64,000 bases of DNA from Escherichia phage DCP548, in sequence record PQ671645.1. The stretch is one strand, 5' to 3'. This document shows positions 18,551 to 28,566 of the stretch, piece after piece (positions within the stretch are counted from its first letter, which is position 1; each line of letters starts with the position of its first letter). The notes under the pieces are model-generated. The model saw only the letters and a program-made list of their open reading frames with translations, made no database searches and was not told where the DNA came from. The position numbers and the translations under genes are program-made.

Positions 18551-20364
18551 TGGTGTTTAACCCTATGCATGATTTCTTTATTTTTGCCGAGATTAAATCC
18601 GCGTTCGTTAGGATTTCCAAGATAACCGCATGTTCTTCTTATGGTGTTCATCTTTTTAGGGTCAGTTTCTCCACAAATAGAACAAACAAATCCGGTTTCA
18701 GTAGGAGTCATTTCATGAGTACTTCCACATGTAAAACATTTATCTACTGGCATATTAACACCAAAATAATCTAAATGTTGTGCAGCATAATCCCATACAG
18801 CCTCAAGACCTTTTAGGTTATTTTTCATATCAGGAAGTTCAACATAAGAAATATGTCCGCCAGTCGCAATGAAATGATATGGGGCTTCGCGAGAAATCTT
18901 TTCAAACGGAGTGATATTTTCTTCTACTGAAACATGGAAACTATTAGTGTACCAGCCTTTATCAGTAACATCTTTTACACTTCCATATTTCTCGGTATCA
19001 AGTTTACAGAAGCGATAGCACAGGTTTTCAGCAGGAGTAGAATACAAGCTAAAAGCAAAACCGGTTCTTTCAGTCCACTGCTTAAGACGAGCATTCATTT
19101 TGGTCAAAATTTCCTGTCCAATATCACGTCCGACAAGAATATTCAATTCGTGAATACCAATGTATCCTAAAGACACTGAACTTCTACCGTTTTTAAATAA
19201 CTCAATTATATCGTCATCAGGTTTAAGACGAACCCCAAATGCACCTTCTTGGTAAAGAATAGGAGCAACTGTTGCTTTAACACCTTTTAAAGAACTAATT
19301 CTACACATCAAGGCTTCAAAACACAGATCCATTCGTTCATTAAATAGCTCATCAAATTTCTGTTCATTGAATTGTGTTCCAATATAAGAATCTAACGCAA
19401 TACGAGGAAGATTCAGTGTTACAACACCAAGATTATTACGTCCATCAAGAATTTCATTTCCAGTCGAATCTTTCCATACACTCAAGAAACTACGACAACC
19501 CATTGGAGAAACAGGAATAGATGAACCAGTGATAGCTTTATTGTTCTTAACTGAAATAATATCAGGATACATTCTTTTGCTTGCACACTCTAGAGCAAGC
19601 TGCTTAATATCATAGTTCGGGTCGTCTTTATAAAGATTGACACCCTCTTCAATGAACATAACAAGTTTAGGGAAAATAGGAGTTATTCCATCACGACCAA
19701 GGCCTTTAATGCGGTTTTTAAGAATTGCTTTCTGAATAATTCGTTCAGTCCAGTCAGTTCCAGTACCAAATGTAATTGTTACAAAAGGCGTTTGACCGTT
19801 TGAGCTAAAAAGAGTATTTACTTCATACTCATAAGCTTGAAATGCATCGTATACGTCTTTTTCTGTTTTAGATTGGGCGTAATTCAACGCATCAGCGATT
19901 TGCCATTTTTCTGCATCCTCAATATGTTTTGCATAGGTGCGTTTAACATAAGGAGAAAGTACTTTATCTACATTAGCAAAAGTCGTTCCGCCGTACTGAT
20001 GTGAAGCAACCTGTGCGGTAATTTGTGCCATAATTGCAGTAGCAACACCAATCGATTTAGGCGTTTCAATTTGAGCATTGCCTAATTTAAATCCATTCTC
20101 AAGCATCCCCTTTAAATCGACTAAACAGCAATTAGTAAATGGAAGAGCAGGGGAATAATCAATATCATGGAAATGGATAATTCCGCTTTCATGTGCTTTC
20201 ATAATAAAAGACGGGACCATATTTTTGGCAATGTGCTTAGACACAATACCAGCCATAAGGTCCCGTTGAGTTGGAAAAACACGAGAATCTTTATTAGCAT
20301 TCTCGTTCAAAAGATCTTTATTAGTTTTATGAATTAATCCTTCAATTTCTTTTTCAATTTTCAT
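18547..20364 (-). CDS. nrdD: Anaerobic ribonucleoside-triphosphate reductase
   Basis: 605 aa; C-terminal glycyl radical motif RRTCGYLG and zinc ribbon CFTCGS...CSICG. Confidence 0.95.
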   Translation of the reverse strand: MKIEKEIEGLIHKTNKDLLNENANKDSRVFPTQRDLMAGIVSKHIAKNMVPSFIMKAHESGIIHFHDIDYSPALPFTNCCLVDLKGMLENGFKLGNAQIETPKSIGVATAIMAQITAQVASHQYGGTTFANVDKVLSPYVKRTYAKHIEDAEKWQIADALNYAQSKTEKDVYDAFQAYEYEVNTLFSSNGQTPFVTITFGTGTDWTERIIQKAILKNRIKGLGRDGITPIFPKLVMFIEEGVNLYKDDPNYDIKQLALECASKRMYPDIISVKNNKAITGSSIPVSPMGCRSFLSVWKDSTGNEILDGRNNLGVVTLNLPRIALDSYIGTQFNEQKFDELFNERMDLCFEALMCRISSLKGVKATVAPILYQEGAFGVRLKPDDDIIELFKNGRSSVSLGYIGIHELNILVGRDIGQEILTKMNARLKQWTERTGFAFSLYSTPAENLCYRFCKLDTEKYGSVKDVTDKGWYTNSFHVSVEENITPFEKISREAPYHFIATGGHISYVELPDMKNNLKGLEAVWDYAAQHLDYFGVNMPVDKCFTCGSTHEMTPTETGFVCSICGETDPKKMNTIRRTCGYLGNPNERGFNLGKNKEIMHRVKHQ

Positions 20365-20834
20365 TTTAAACTCTTTCTAAGCTGCTTTTTGAATGAAGCT
20401 ATTAATTGTGTTTTGGTATCAGATTCATTATATTCAAATCCTCTTTGAAGCATCTCAGCCATCATTTCCTCTTTACCTAGTCTTGAGAACTCTTTAGTTT
20501 TGTCTGGAACAAAATTAGGATGGATATTATTATCAGAATAATCTTGTTTCAAATAAGCAAGAAGAGCTTCAAGCCATTCGAGGTAGTCGACATCACGTCC
20601 TTTAAGACCGGAACGGTTGAACTTATGCTTCATTTGGCCTTCTGCTGCGTTGCACAGATTACAGAGTAATCCACGAACTCTACCGGCTTTTGGCCCGTTT
20701 AATTCATGGTCGTGGTCAAGATGGTTACCTTGAACATCAGGGTCTAATTCACGGTGGCAAATAGGACACTTACCATTCTGTGCATCATAAAATTTTTGTT
20801 TTTCTTCTTTGTATAATTTGCCAGATAATAACAT
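20361..20834 (-). CDS. 49: Endonuclease VII (Holliday junction resolvase)
   Basis: 157 aa; matches remembered T4 endo VII including the zinc-binding CPICH...CNLC. Confidence 0.92.
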   Translation of the reverse strand: MLLSGKLYKEEKQKFYDAQNGKCPICHRELDPDVQGNHLDHDHELNGPKAGRVRGLLCNLCNAAEGQMKHKFNRSGLKGRDVDYLEWLEALLAYLKQDYSDNNIHPNFVPDKTKEFSRLGKEEMMAEMLQRGFEYNESDTKTQLIASFKKQLRKSLK

Positions 20835-20872
20835 AATAAACCCTTACCATATTAGATAAGGGTATTTATAAT

Positions 20873-21052
20873 TTAATAAATGTTATAAAAGTCACGATGG
20901 AAACGTTTGTATTGGCGAATCATTCTTTTAGTAGGACGTGTTACCGAAATGATTGAAGTCCTCATGTTCGGATTGTTTGGAGCACCAATTATAACAAATT
21001 TCCAAGATTTTTGACCGTTTGTTCTTTCGCCAAAAAATAATGCAGTTTTCAT
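20873..21052 (-). CDS. Small basic protein (59 aa, below the track cutoff), paralog of 21477..21674
   Basis: Read by hand: C-terminus VTRPTKRMIRQYKRFHRDFYNIY aligns with TVRPTKRQLRKAKRSHRNFYREY of the 65-aa ORF. Confidence 0.35.
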   Translation of the reverse strand: MKTALFFGERTNGQKSWKFVIIGAPNNPNMRTSIISVTRPTKRMIRQYKRFHRDFYNIY

Positions 21053-21061
21053 AATAAGCCC

Positions 21062-21475
21062 TTAACTTAAACGTCTTTCTAAATATTCAATGTATTCCGC
21101 TGCGGCTTGCATCAGATTACCTTCATAACCGTCATTATTTTCTTGGGCGGCTAATTTAGCTAAAGCATAAGAAATACGTTCACCTTCGAATTCGCCAAGT
21201 CCACCATCACAAACTACTTGGTCAATTTCTTCGAGTTCATCTATTGAATGGGATTCCCAGAAGCACCAAAGAGAAGTATCACGGTCATAGATGCAAAGTT
21301 TCTCACCTGTGTTCAACATCACTTCGATAATGCCATGGTCGCCATAACCATCTTCGGTAGTAGTACCAATTACCTTGATGATCGTATCTTTCTTTAATTC
21401 AGGAAACTTATCTTGGAGTTCTTCGTCTTCTTTAACAATCTTGAACCATTTACCGCGAGTTTCAGAAATATTCAT
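21062..21475 (-). CDS. Hypothetical acidic protein
   Basis: Track ORF trimmed to the internal Met (MNISETRGKWF...) so it begins right after the upstream 65-aa gene. Confidence 0.4.
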   Translation of the reverse strand: MNISETRGKWFKIVKEDEELQDKFPELKKDTIIKVIGTTTEDGYGDHGIIEVMLNTGEKLCIYDRDTSLWCFWESHSIDELEEIDQVVCDGGLGEFEGERISYALAKLAAQENNDGYEGNLMQAAAEYIEYLERRLS

Positions 21476-21476
21476 A

Positions 21477-21674
21477 TCAATATTCTCTATAAAAGTTACG
21501 ATGGGAACGTTTAGCTTTGCGAAGCTGACGTTTAGTAGGACGAACTGTAAATGGTTGTCCAGAGAAAAAATTCGGATCGGTTTTAATAAGCAAATACCAA
21601 TCATGCTTGCCATTTTTTAATAAACGGTACAATAATTTAACTTGCATAATAATCTCTTCCCATTTCCATATCAA
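21477..21674 (-). CDS. Small basic protein, paralog of 20873..21052
   Basis: 65 aa with a conserved basic C-terminal motif. Confidence 0.4.
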   Translation of the reverse strand: MIWKWEEIIMQVKLLYRLLKNGKHDWYLLIKTDPNFFSGQPFTVRPTKRQLRKAKRSHRNFYREY

Positions 21675-21775
21675 TTAATTCATTTATTGAAGGTTCATCA
21701 TAACACGTTTCTTCGTCATTGTAAACTGTTTCGACGTCTGGCTCGACTGTCTCCCATCGAGCCGAATACCACGGT

Positions 21776-22132
21776 TTAACCCCGGAGTTTATTGAGCTCT
21801 TCATAATCAATCCAGGATTCTAGTCCGGATGGCAGGTCACATTCAATGTTCCACAGAAGCTCTTCAATGGCTTGCAGGCGATTATATTCTTCAACGGTAA
21901 TGGTAACCATTGGTGCAACCGGTTCTGCCTTTTTAACCATCATATCGTTCATCAGGACGTAAAGGTCATCACGAACGACAGTGTCGTTCCAACCCCATGA
22001 TTTGGCTTCGTAAGCTAATGATGAAGGGAGCACATTTAAAACTTCAATAATAGTTGGAGCATCAGGACCAAGTTCATTGGCACAAACTTCGTATACATCT
22101 TGGAAATCTTTAAGATTTAATGAATATGTCAT
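21776..22132 (-). CDS. Hypothetical protein
   Basis: 118 aa ORF. Confidence 0.4.
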   Translation of the reverse strand: MTYSLNLKDFQDVYEVCANELGPDAPTIIEVLNVLPSSLAYEAKSWGWNDTVVRDDLYVLMNDMMVKKAEPVAPMVTITVEEYNRLQAIEELLWNIECDLPSGLESWIDYEELNKLRG

Positions 22133-22392
22133 TTAAAATATTCTCGTAGTTGGTCAAATCCACCAATGTGACTTCCGTCAGGAGCAAACACTTGAGGCAT
22201 AGTCAATCCGACTTGTGATTCACGTCCAAGCTTAACCAGAAGCTCAGCAATTTTCTCATCGTCAAACACACCTTTTTCTGGCATAACATTAATGAATTCA
22301 AATGGCTGTTTCTTAACAGTCAGCAATCGTTTCGCATTATCACAATAAATGCATTTATGAATAGTAGAGTCATACCCGTACACTTTAAACAT
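22129..22392 (-). CDS. nrdC: Thioredoxin/glutaredoxin
   Basis: Near-identical to remembered T4 NrdC (MFKVYGYDS.IHKC.YCDNAKRLL...); start set at the MFKVYGYD Met. Confidence 0.92.
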   Translation of the reverse strand: MFKVYGYDSTIHKCIYCDNAKRLLTVKKQPFEFINVMPEKGVFDDEKIAELLVKLGRESQVGLTMPQVFAPDGSHIGGFDQLREYFK

Positions 22393-22798
22393 TATTTTTC
22401 CTTTCATCGATTAAATATGCAACGCCAAATACAATACATGTAATAAAACCTGTGATACAGATAGAAACCAACAACACTGTACCAAAGAACCAAATCAAGT
22501 TATCTTTAGTAGTTTGTTTGATATCCATCTCACGAATTTCTATAGCTATCGTATCACCTTTATTCAGAAGCGTATAAAACGATGGCGATACACGCCTGTC
22601 AAAAACTCGTCCTTGCTCATCTTTATAGACTGCAATAAATTCTAATTTAGAATATTTTCCTGTAGATTGGCCTGAGATTAATTCCACTACCTCCACAGGA
22701 ATTACTTTAGTTTCCATGTAAGTATTCTGGCTGTTCCAAATGAATGGAATAATAGTAAAAACTAAAGCTGCGATAAAACAACGAAGGCTATATCTCAT
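22385..22798 (-). CDS. Membrane protein
   Basis: 137 aa with N- and C-terminal hydrophobic segments. Confidence 0.4.
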   Translation of the reverse strand: MRYSLRCFIAALVFTIIPFIWNSQNTYMETKVIPVEVVELISGQSTGKYSKLEFIAVYKDEQGRVFDRRVSPSFYTLLNKGDTIAIEIREMDIKQTTKDNLIWFFGTVLLVSICITGFITCIVFGVAYLIDERKNNV

Positions 22799-23103
22799 TA
22801 TAATGTTCTCTCAAATTTGTGGAAGCATTTACGGCATTTCAATTTCAAGTTATCAGTGGTCCAGTTAACCAGTTGGACTTGGATAGTTCCACATTCCGGG
22901 CACGGATGTTTTGCTGCCGATTTGGCAGCATTTTCACGTCGTTCAACCATTTTCATTATTTCGTTCCATGCCGGAGGAACGAACTCTTCTTCAACGTGGA
23001 TTTTATCTCGCTGAACAAATTCAATCTTTGAACTATCGTCAATAAACTTAACCAAACCGTGATTAGTGTTCATATCAATATCCTCTAAAAGACGTAGTTT
23101 CAT
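22798..23103 (-). CDS. Zinc-ribbon protein
   Basis: 101 aa; CPECG...CRKC. Confidence 0.4.
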   Translation of the reverse strand: MKLRLLEDIDMNTNHGLVKFIDDSSKIEFVQRDKIHVEEEFVPPAWNEIMKMVERRENAAKSAAKHPCPECGTIQVQLVNWTTDNLKLKCRKCFHKFERTL

Positions 23104-24047
23104 TATAAAACCTCAATGGCATTTCGTAAACCATCAGCTTTTGCATTCAGAGCTTTTAATGATTTAGTTTGTTCTGCAATCTGGGCTTCGACTTCTTTCA
23201 GGCGAGATTTGAGATATTCGCGTTCTTCTCTTAAGTTATCAACTTTTTCTGCTTTAGGCTCTTTAATAGGCTTATACTCGTTAGGGTTCTTCAACTTAAT
23301 TTGAATGCGAGAACTGTATAACATTGAACCATTATCTTCGGTTTCATCATACATTTCTACCACGTCCATGATTCTTAACATCATGCGAAGTTTATAAGAC
23401 AGCGAACGAATGGTTTTGTTGTGCTTATTAATTTCTTCGGCTTTCATGGTACCGAGATTACGTGAGTAGTAATAAGGAACCTGGATATCAATTGATAACG
23501 ATGCGGTACCATTACCTGTTGGTTTGAACACTGCAGTAACCCAATCTTTAGCATGAACTGTATTTGTACGATCATCGCCACCTGTGAATAATTTACGTGA
23601 ATGTTTAAAAAGCATATTCACTTGGTTATTGAATTCACAAGCAAATTTATCAGCAAATTTAGTTTCAGGAATGGTAGATAACCAATCAGCCAAATGAGTC
23701 TTTTTAACATCATTAACAATAGTGAATTCAACCAAATCGGTTTTAGATGTCACAGATTTAATAAAGCTCGGCTTCATAAAGTTTTTAATGTTATCGCGAG
23801 CTACAGTAGAAGATAATAAACGAGAACGTTTGAACCATTGAAGCAGTGTCCCTAATGAATGAGAATATGCATTCTGAGTATCTTTACAGATATGATTTTC
23901 TTGGCCTGTGTATGTACCAAAATCGCGAAGAATACCACTTACTACAACTCGGTGTGGAACATCAAATCCTAATGAACCAGAAGCACGTTGGGCATGAACG
24001 TTAGCGATAAGACCTGCAAAATAATCAATGTAATGTGAACGTGTCAT
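23103..24047 (-). CDS. Hypothetical protein with C-terminal coiled coil
   Basis: 314 aa; first of three tandem genes of similar size. Confidence 0.4.
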   Translation of the reverse strand: MTRSHYIDYFAGLIANVHAQRASGSLGFDVPHRVVVSGILRDFGTYTGQENHICKDTQNAYSHSLGTLLQWFKRSRLLSSTVARDNIKNFMKPSFIKSVTSKTDLVEFTIVNDVKKTHLADWLSTIPETKFADKFACEFNNQVNMLFKHSRKLFTGGDDRTNTVHAKDWVTAVFKPTGNGTASLSIDIQVPYYYSRNLGTMKAEEINKHNKTIRSLSYKLRMMLRIMDVVEMYDETEDNGSMLYSSRIQIKLKNPNEYKPIKEPKAEKVDNLREEREYLKSRLKEVEAQIAEQTKSLKALNAKADGLRNAIEVL

Positions 24048-24109
24048 AATATTTTCCTCTCGTTAAGATAGAAAGATTATACTCCAACCATCCTTGGTTG
24101 TAAACTGAT

Positions 24110-25045
24110 TTATGATTTTAATGCATTCATTGCGTTAAAAAGTTTAGAGTACTGCAACTGGAGCTTGGTAACTACTTGTTGAGCATCACGAAGCTTAGCT
24201 TGTGCTTTGTCAAGTTCAACAGACAGTTGGTCCACAGTGGCTTTGATTTGATTATAATAGTAATCTTCGGCAGGAAGAAGACCGTTAGAGATTTCCAGTT
24301 TAGTCGACGGTGAAGTGTATATAGATGGAGCAGTAAAATATGCACCTTGAACTTCAGCATTGCCAATTGGGGTTGTAGTAATTGACGCTTCGAACGTTGC
24401 ATTTTCCTTTTTAAGATTTTGATAGTATTCAGAGTCTTTGTGCCACCATGGCGCAGGAACCTTTTTACCAATAGATACACGAGCCTGGATAGCGATATGA
24501 CCCTTATTCTTGATAGGGTTGATAATATTAAGCTCACGAGAATAAATTGCTTTAATCTGGTGGATATTATCACCTAACACTTCCAACGCTTGGTGGAATA
24601 CACGAGCAACGTTATCATTCTTAGGTTTATACGTAAGAGTGAACTCGTTCTCACTGATAACCATGATTTCTAACTTATCGTAAGTATATTTCAAATGTTT
24701 CATGTTAATTGCTTGAGGACGAATACGAGAAGCAATGGCCATCAGATTGTTAAGGTTATTCCTGAACTGCTTAGCGAAATATTGTCCTTCACCGCCAATA
24801 CAAAAATTACGAAGTTTCTGTTTGGCTAATAAACGGCTGAACTCACCATTTTTAATGAACTCTTTAACGGGTGTGTTAGTAACGCATTCAAATTGAGTAA
24901 ACTTACGAGAATTAATCCCATAATATGAACAGATTTCCTCAATCTCTTCAGGAGTCTTTACAGGCATACGGATAGGATTAGGTCCTGGGGTATATGCGTT
25001 CGAGGTAAATTCTTTGATAAGTTCTCTACGTGTAATAGAAGCCAT
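24110..25045 (-). CDS. Hypothetical protein with C-terminal coiled coil
   Basis: 311 aa; preceded by an early promoter cassette nearly identical to the one before 25101..26096. Confidence 0.4.
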   Translation of the reverse strand: MASITRRELIKEFTSNAYTPGPNPIRMPVKTPEEIEEICSYYGINSRKFTQFECVTNTPVKEFIKNGEFSRLLAKQKLRNFCIGGEGQYFAKQFRNNLNNLMAIASRIRPQAINMKHLKYTYDKLEIMVISENEFTLTYKPKNDNVARVFHQALEVLGDNIHQIKAIYSRELNIINPIKNKGHIAIQARVSIGKKVPAPWWHKDSEYYQNLKKENATFEASITTTPIGNAEVQGAYFTAPSIYTSPSTKLEISNGLLPAEDYYYNQIKATVDQLSVELDKAQAKLRDAQQVVTKLQLQYSKLFNAMNALKS

Positions 25046-25100
25046 TTTATATTCCTCATGTTGAAAAATTTATTATACTCCAACCATCCTTGGTTGTACA

Positions 25101-26096
25101 TCATTCCTTAAGAAGTTTTACTACCTGAATAAGATTAGCTCGTTCTGTTTTATTTTTACTGTTTAAGCCTGCTAATCGTGAGATTTCATCGTCAGTCTGT
25201 TGAATAGTTACATTAAGTTCGTTAATCAAAGCTTCAAAGTATTTGATTTGCTCAGCATGTTTTGATTCGAATTTCTGAACCGGAATAACGTCTTGGTTTA
25301 GTTCATCAATAAGGTCTTTAAGAGCATCTTCTTGGTTGATATCATATTCAACTTCTTTTATTTCTTCAACGAGCTCGTCTTTATATCTAACGTCTTTTAG
25401 TCCTGGTGCTGGTCCTGAAATCTCTTCTTTAAGAGTACAAACATATCCAATACGGTATCCAATGCTGTCTCGCTTGATATCAACTTCGTCAATAAATCCA
25501 CAATGTTTAAGACCAGAGCCGATTAGGTCAAAATATCCTTGACGTCGTCCTTCAAACGTTACACGAACTACTAAGACAGTTTTACCTGCGACCTTTTGAA
25601 GCTCACATTTATAAAAGTCTGTTGAACCTGAATAACGTGGATGAGTTTTAAAGTTCATCTGACGATCTAGGCCCATTTGTAAGCGTGCTGATACGGCCAT
25701 AAAACGTGTTTGATTCTCGTTAAGATGAGCAACAATCCATTTCAAAGGCATTTTACACTGTTCACGACCGAACAAATCAGTACGTCCTAGATTACGCAGG
25801 ATGTTGTTAGAGTTAATCATCGACAGAACGTTAAGTTTATTCAGCGCGCTGAAGATTCCATCGGCCATTGATTTTCCGTAACCTTTACACGCTTTAATAA
25901 GCGCTCGTGGTAGGTTAGTATAGATTTCAGACGGCATATGAAAATCAAATTTACTAGTCAGTAATTGATGAACTTGGATAGCAATTTGCTCATAATTAAG
26001 TGCTCTGCGATCATTATGGTCTTTAAACCACACTTTAATCTGTGAAGCACATAAACCGTTAATTTCATGTTTTACCGCATCAGATGTAATGCTCAT
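25101..26096 (-). CDS. Hypothetical protein with C-terminal coiled coil
   Basis: 331 aa. Confidence 0.4.
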   Translation of the reverse strand: MSITSDAVKHEINGLCASQIKVWFKDHNDRRALNYEQIAIQVHQLLTSKFDFHMPSEIYTNLPRALIKACKGYGKSMADGIFSALNKLNVLSMINSNNILRNLGRTDLFGREQCKMPLKWIVAHLNENQTRFMAVSARLQMGLDRQMNFKTHPRYSGSTDFYKCELQKVAGKTVLVVRVTFEGRRQGYFDLIGSGLKHCGFIDEVDIKRDSIGYRIGYVCTLKEEISGPAPGLKDVRYKDELVEEIKEVEYDINQEDALKDLIDELNQDVIPVQKFESKHAEQIKYFEALINELNVTIQQTDDEISRLAGLNSKNKTERANLIQVVKLLKE

Positions 26097-26158
26097 AACT
26101 ATTTCCTCAGATTGAATTGGAACTCAAAACCATTATAACCCGTCCTTGGGTAAAGCGT

Positions 26159-26686
26159 TTATGCGTGAACCGTCTTTAAACGTTCTTCAAATTTCCGAAG
26201 AGTACTAATACGTTCTGCTTTCTGTTTTGTATAGTTTGCAATACGTTCTGAAGTGAGAGCGTATCGTTCATTTACTGTTTCTTTCATGAAGTCAGGGATT
26301 TCACGAGAAGCTTTAATTTCGTCAAACTTGTCGAGTACTGCCTGGTCTTCAGCGATTAAATTTTCGTACATCTCGATATCTTTCTTGATAAACTCGATAT
26401 CTTCCTGGGTTACTTTGGATAAACGAGATGCTTTATCCTTTTTGTACTGCTCGTTAGTTTCACGAGACCAGAATAATGTACGTTTTTTGTTAGTGTTTTT
26501 GTAGACTTCCACAATTCCAACTGAATCGATGATAGCAATCCAATTCCAGCGAGATTTGAAAATCTGACCTCCGTCCACGGTAATCTCGTTACCATAAGCA
26601 ACGTCATTAAAGAACTTGCTTTGTGCTTCAGATTTAAATTTACCGTCGTTATAATTTACCAGGTTGAAAATATCTTTAGCGTTCAT
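26159..26686 (-). CDS. Hypothetical protein
   Basis: 175 aa ORF. Confidence 0.4.
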   Translation of the reverse strand: MNAKDIFNLVNYNDGKFKSEAQSKFFNDVAYGNEITVDGGQIFKSRWNWIAIIDSVGIVEVYKNTNKKRTLFWSRETNEQYKKDKASRLSKVTQEDIEFIKKDIEMYENLIAEDQAVLDKFDEIKASREIPDFMKETVNERYALTSERIANYTKQKAERISTLRKFEERLKTVHA

Positions 26687-26744
26687 GTTTTACCTCCAGT
26701 AGTTGATAGGTCTATAATAACATAACTATAGACCTTGTAAACAA

Positions 26745-27032
26745 CTAAAAGAAACTTTTTTCGGTATTTTTTCCACTGAACCAAACAGACTTCGGGATTT
26801 TTTGTAATTTTTCAGATTTAAGTTTCTCTTCCTGTTCTTTCTTATATACACCCTTGTCGTACTGGAGCATCTCTATGGCATTCTTTTGCAAATGATCTAA
26901 GGTAATTAAGGCTTTAGTTTTTCCTTTCAAGGAAGAGTCCTGGCGAACCTCCTCGCTATATTGCATCGTAGAACTAATCATACGATGAGCATAGAGTTCA
27001 ACTGCGGCTTTAATTTTTTGCATAAAATCCAT
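26745..27032 (-). CDS. Hypothetical protein
   Basis: 95 aa ORF. Confidence 0.35.
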   Translation of the reverse strand: MDFMQKIKAAVELYAHRMISSTMQYSEEVRQDSSLKGKTKALITLDHLQKNAIEMLQYDKGVYKKEQEEKLKSEKLQKIPKSVWFSGKNTEKSFF

Positions 27033-27170
27033 AACATATCCTCTTTGATTTGTACATCATTATTTTTAAATATTTCTATGCCCTCAGTAGGTTCCTAGTG
27101 TCCTTCTTTGAGGTAAGCCATATGATTATTCATCTTTATGGCTTTTGTTACCTCAGAACTTCCTATAAGC

Positions 27171-28172
27171 TTATTTCAGTAAAGTTACTTCAGAGATTTC
27201 CTCCCAACCATCTTTATCAGTTGAAATAAAATCTGCTACATAAAGAGCCGTACGTAATGATACATTGCGAAGACGAGATACGTTAGCCTTCATCCAGGAC
27301 AATGCTTTATACGTTTCTGCATCCGTCAGACCACGTTTCTGCATCATGTCAGTAGATAATATTACGTCTTCAACTCGAACCATAATCTCTTCATTAGAGT
27401 GTACTCCAAGATCGAGATACACTGAACGAGATACTAAAGCTTGAAGGTGTGGGGCAAGTTTCGAACCGCGTTCTAACTCTTTATCGATATCAACGTTTGT
27501 AATGAAAACGATAGTACCTTCAAACTCAAATTCTTTATCAATACCCTTATCATCGAGATAAGATGACGCAGTGCTCCAACAAACTTTGCGTTTATCTCCA
27601 GTATCTAATGCTGCTTTAAGAAGGTTCAAGATGTCCATATCTGAGAATACGTCAACGTCGTCGATTAAGAGAACGCTGTCTGCATCACGGTTGAGCCAAA
27701 GTTGTTCGTAAAGGCCAATACCAGAGATTTTACCATTAATGCTTTTGTATTTGATGAAACCATTATCATTAGCATTATTAAGTGCTTTATCCAGAGAATA
27801 CGTCTTACCAATACCAGCTGCACCTGAAATAATGAGTGAACGAATTTTGCCATCGATAATGCCATTCGTCATCATGTTCATTACTTTAAAGCGTTTGTTG
27901 ATACGAGTTTTCATATCTTCAGTGCTTTCAACAACTGCAACTGGTGACGTCTCAACTCCTTCCATTACGATGTCTGATTTGAAGACCCATACTCCACGTT
28001 CAGAACCATCAATCATAACGAAAATTTTACCATCACCTAAGTGGGAACATTCAGGATTAAGCTTTGCCGGGAACCAGGTCTTTGTGGCAACATAAGAACC
28101 AGAGATTTCGTTATTACGATAGATACCTTTTTTGATTTGAACGTTGAACATTTTATTCTCCAATTTACTCAT
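27171..28172 (-). CDS. P-loop NTPase (AAA-like ATPase)
   Basis: 333 aa; Walker A GAAGIGKT and Walker B LLIDDVD. Confidence 0.5.
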   Translation of the reverse strand: MSKLENKMFNVQIKKGIYRNNEISGSYVATKTWFPAKLNPECSHLGDGKIFVMIDGSERGVWVFKSDIVMEGVETSPVAVVESTEDMKTRINKRFKVMNMMTNGIIDGKIRSLIISGAAGIGKTYSLDKALNNANDNGFIKYKSINGKISGIGLYEQLWLNRDADSVLLIDDVDVFSDMDILNLLKAALDTGDKRKVCWSTASSYLDDKGIDKEFEFEGTIVFITNVDIDKELERGSKLAPHLQALVSRSVYLDLGVHSNEEIMVRVEDVILSTDMMQKRGLTDAETYKALSWMKANVSRLRNVSLRTALYVADFISTDKDGWEEISEVTLLK

Positions 28173-28268
28173 TTCGTTTCGATAGGTCTATAATAACATA
28201 TCCTAAAAGCATGTACACCACTTTTTTAAATATTTTAACCCCCTAAAGGGACCCGAAGGTCCCCACAT

Positions 28269-28535
28269 TTACTTATCGCACTTAGCAACATAATTAGGCA
28301 TATCACAGAATACGGAGCGAGTAACTACTCGGCCCTTTGACCATGCTTCAGTTGCTTGTCCGGCGGTGCTATTAATATAGCTTGATCTAATGTTCTCAAT
28401 ACCCTGAGAATGTGATGCATTTACCGAACCATTAGAAGGCCCAGAAGACTGGTTACCACCAGCTCCTGCACCCGTGGTAGCACCAACAGAGAATGCCATC
28501 ATTACTGCGAATAAACCAATTACTAATTTTTTCAT
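28269..28535 (-). CDS. Small secreted protein
   Basis: 88 aa; N-terminal signal peptide (MKKLVIGLFAVMMAFSVGA); G/S/N-rich. Confidence 0.4.
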   Translation of the reverse strand: MKKLVIGLFAVMMAFSVGATTGAGAGGNQSSGPSNGSVNASHSQGIENIRSSYINSTAGQATEAWSKGRVVTRSVFCDMPNYVAKCDK

Positions 28536-28566
28536 ATTTACCTCAAGTTAATGGTTATTTATCTAC

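Noticed and set aside
27096-27150. Nested inverted repeat (gaggtaa-gccata ... tatggc-ttacctc) between 26745 and 27171 genes
   Set aside because: Probably another intercistronic hairpin or terminator; no U-run on the coding strand and nothing to separate it from the general hairpin family, so not listed as a separate feature.
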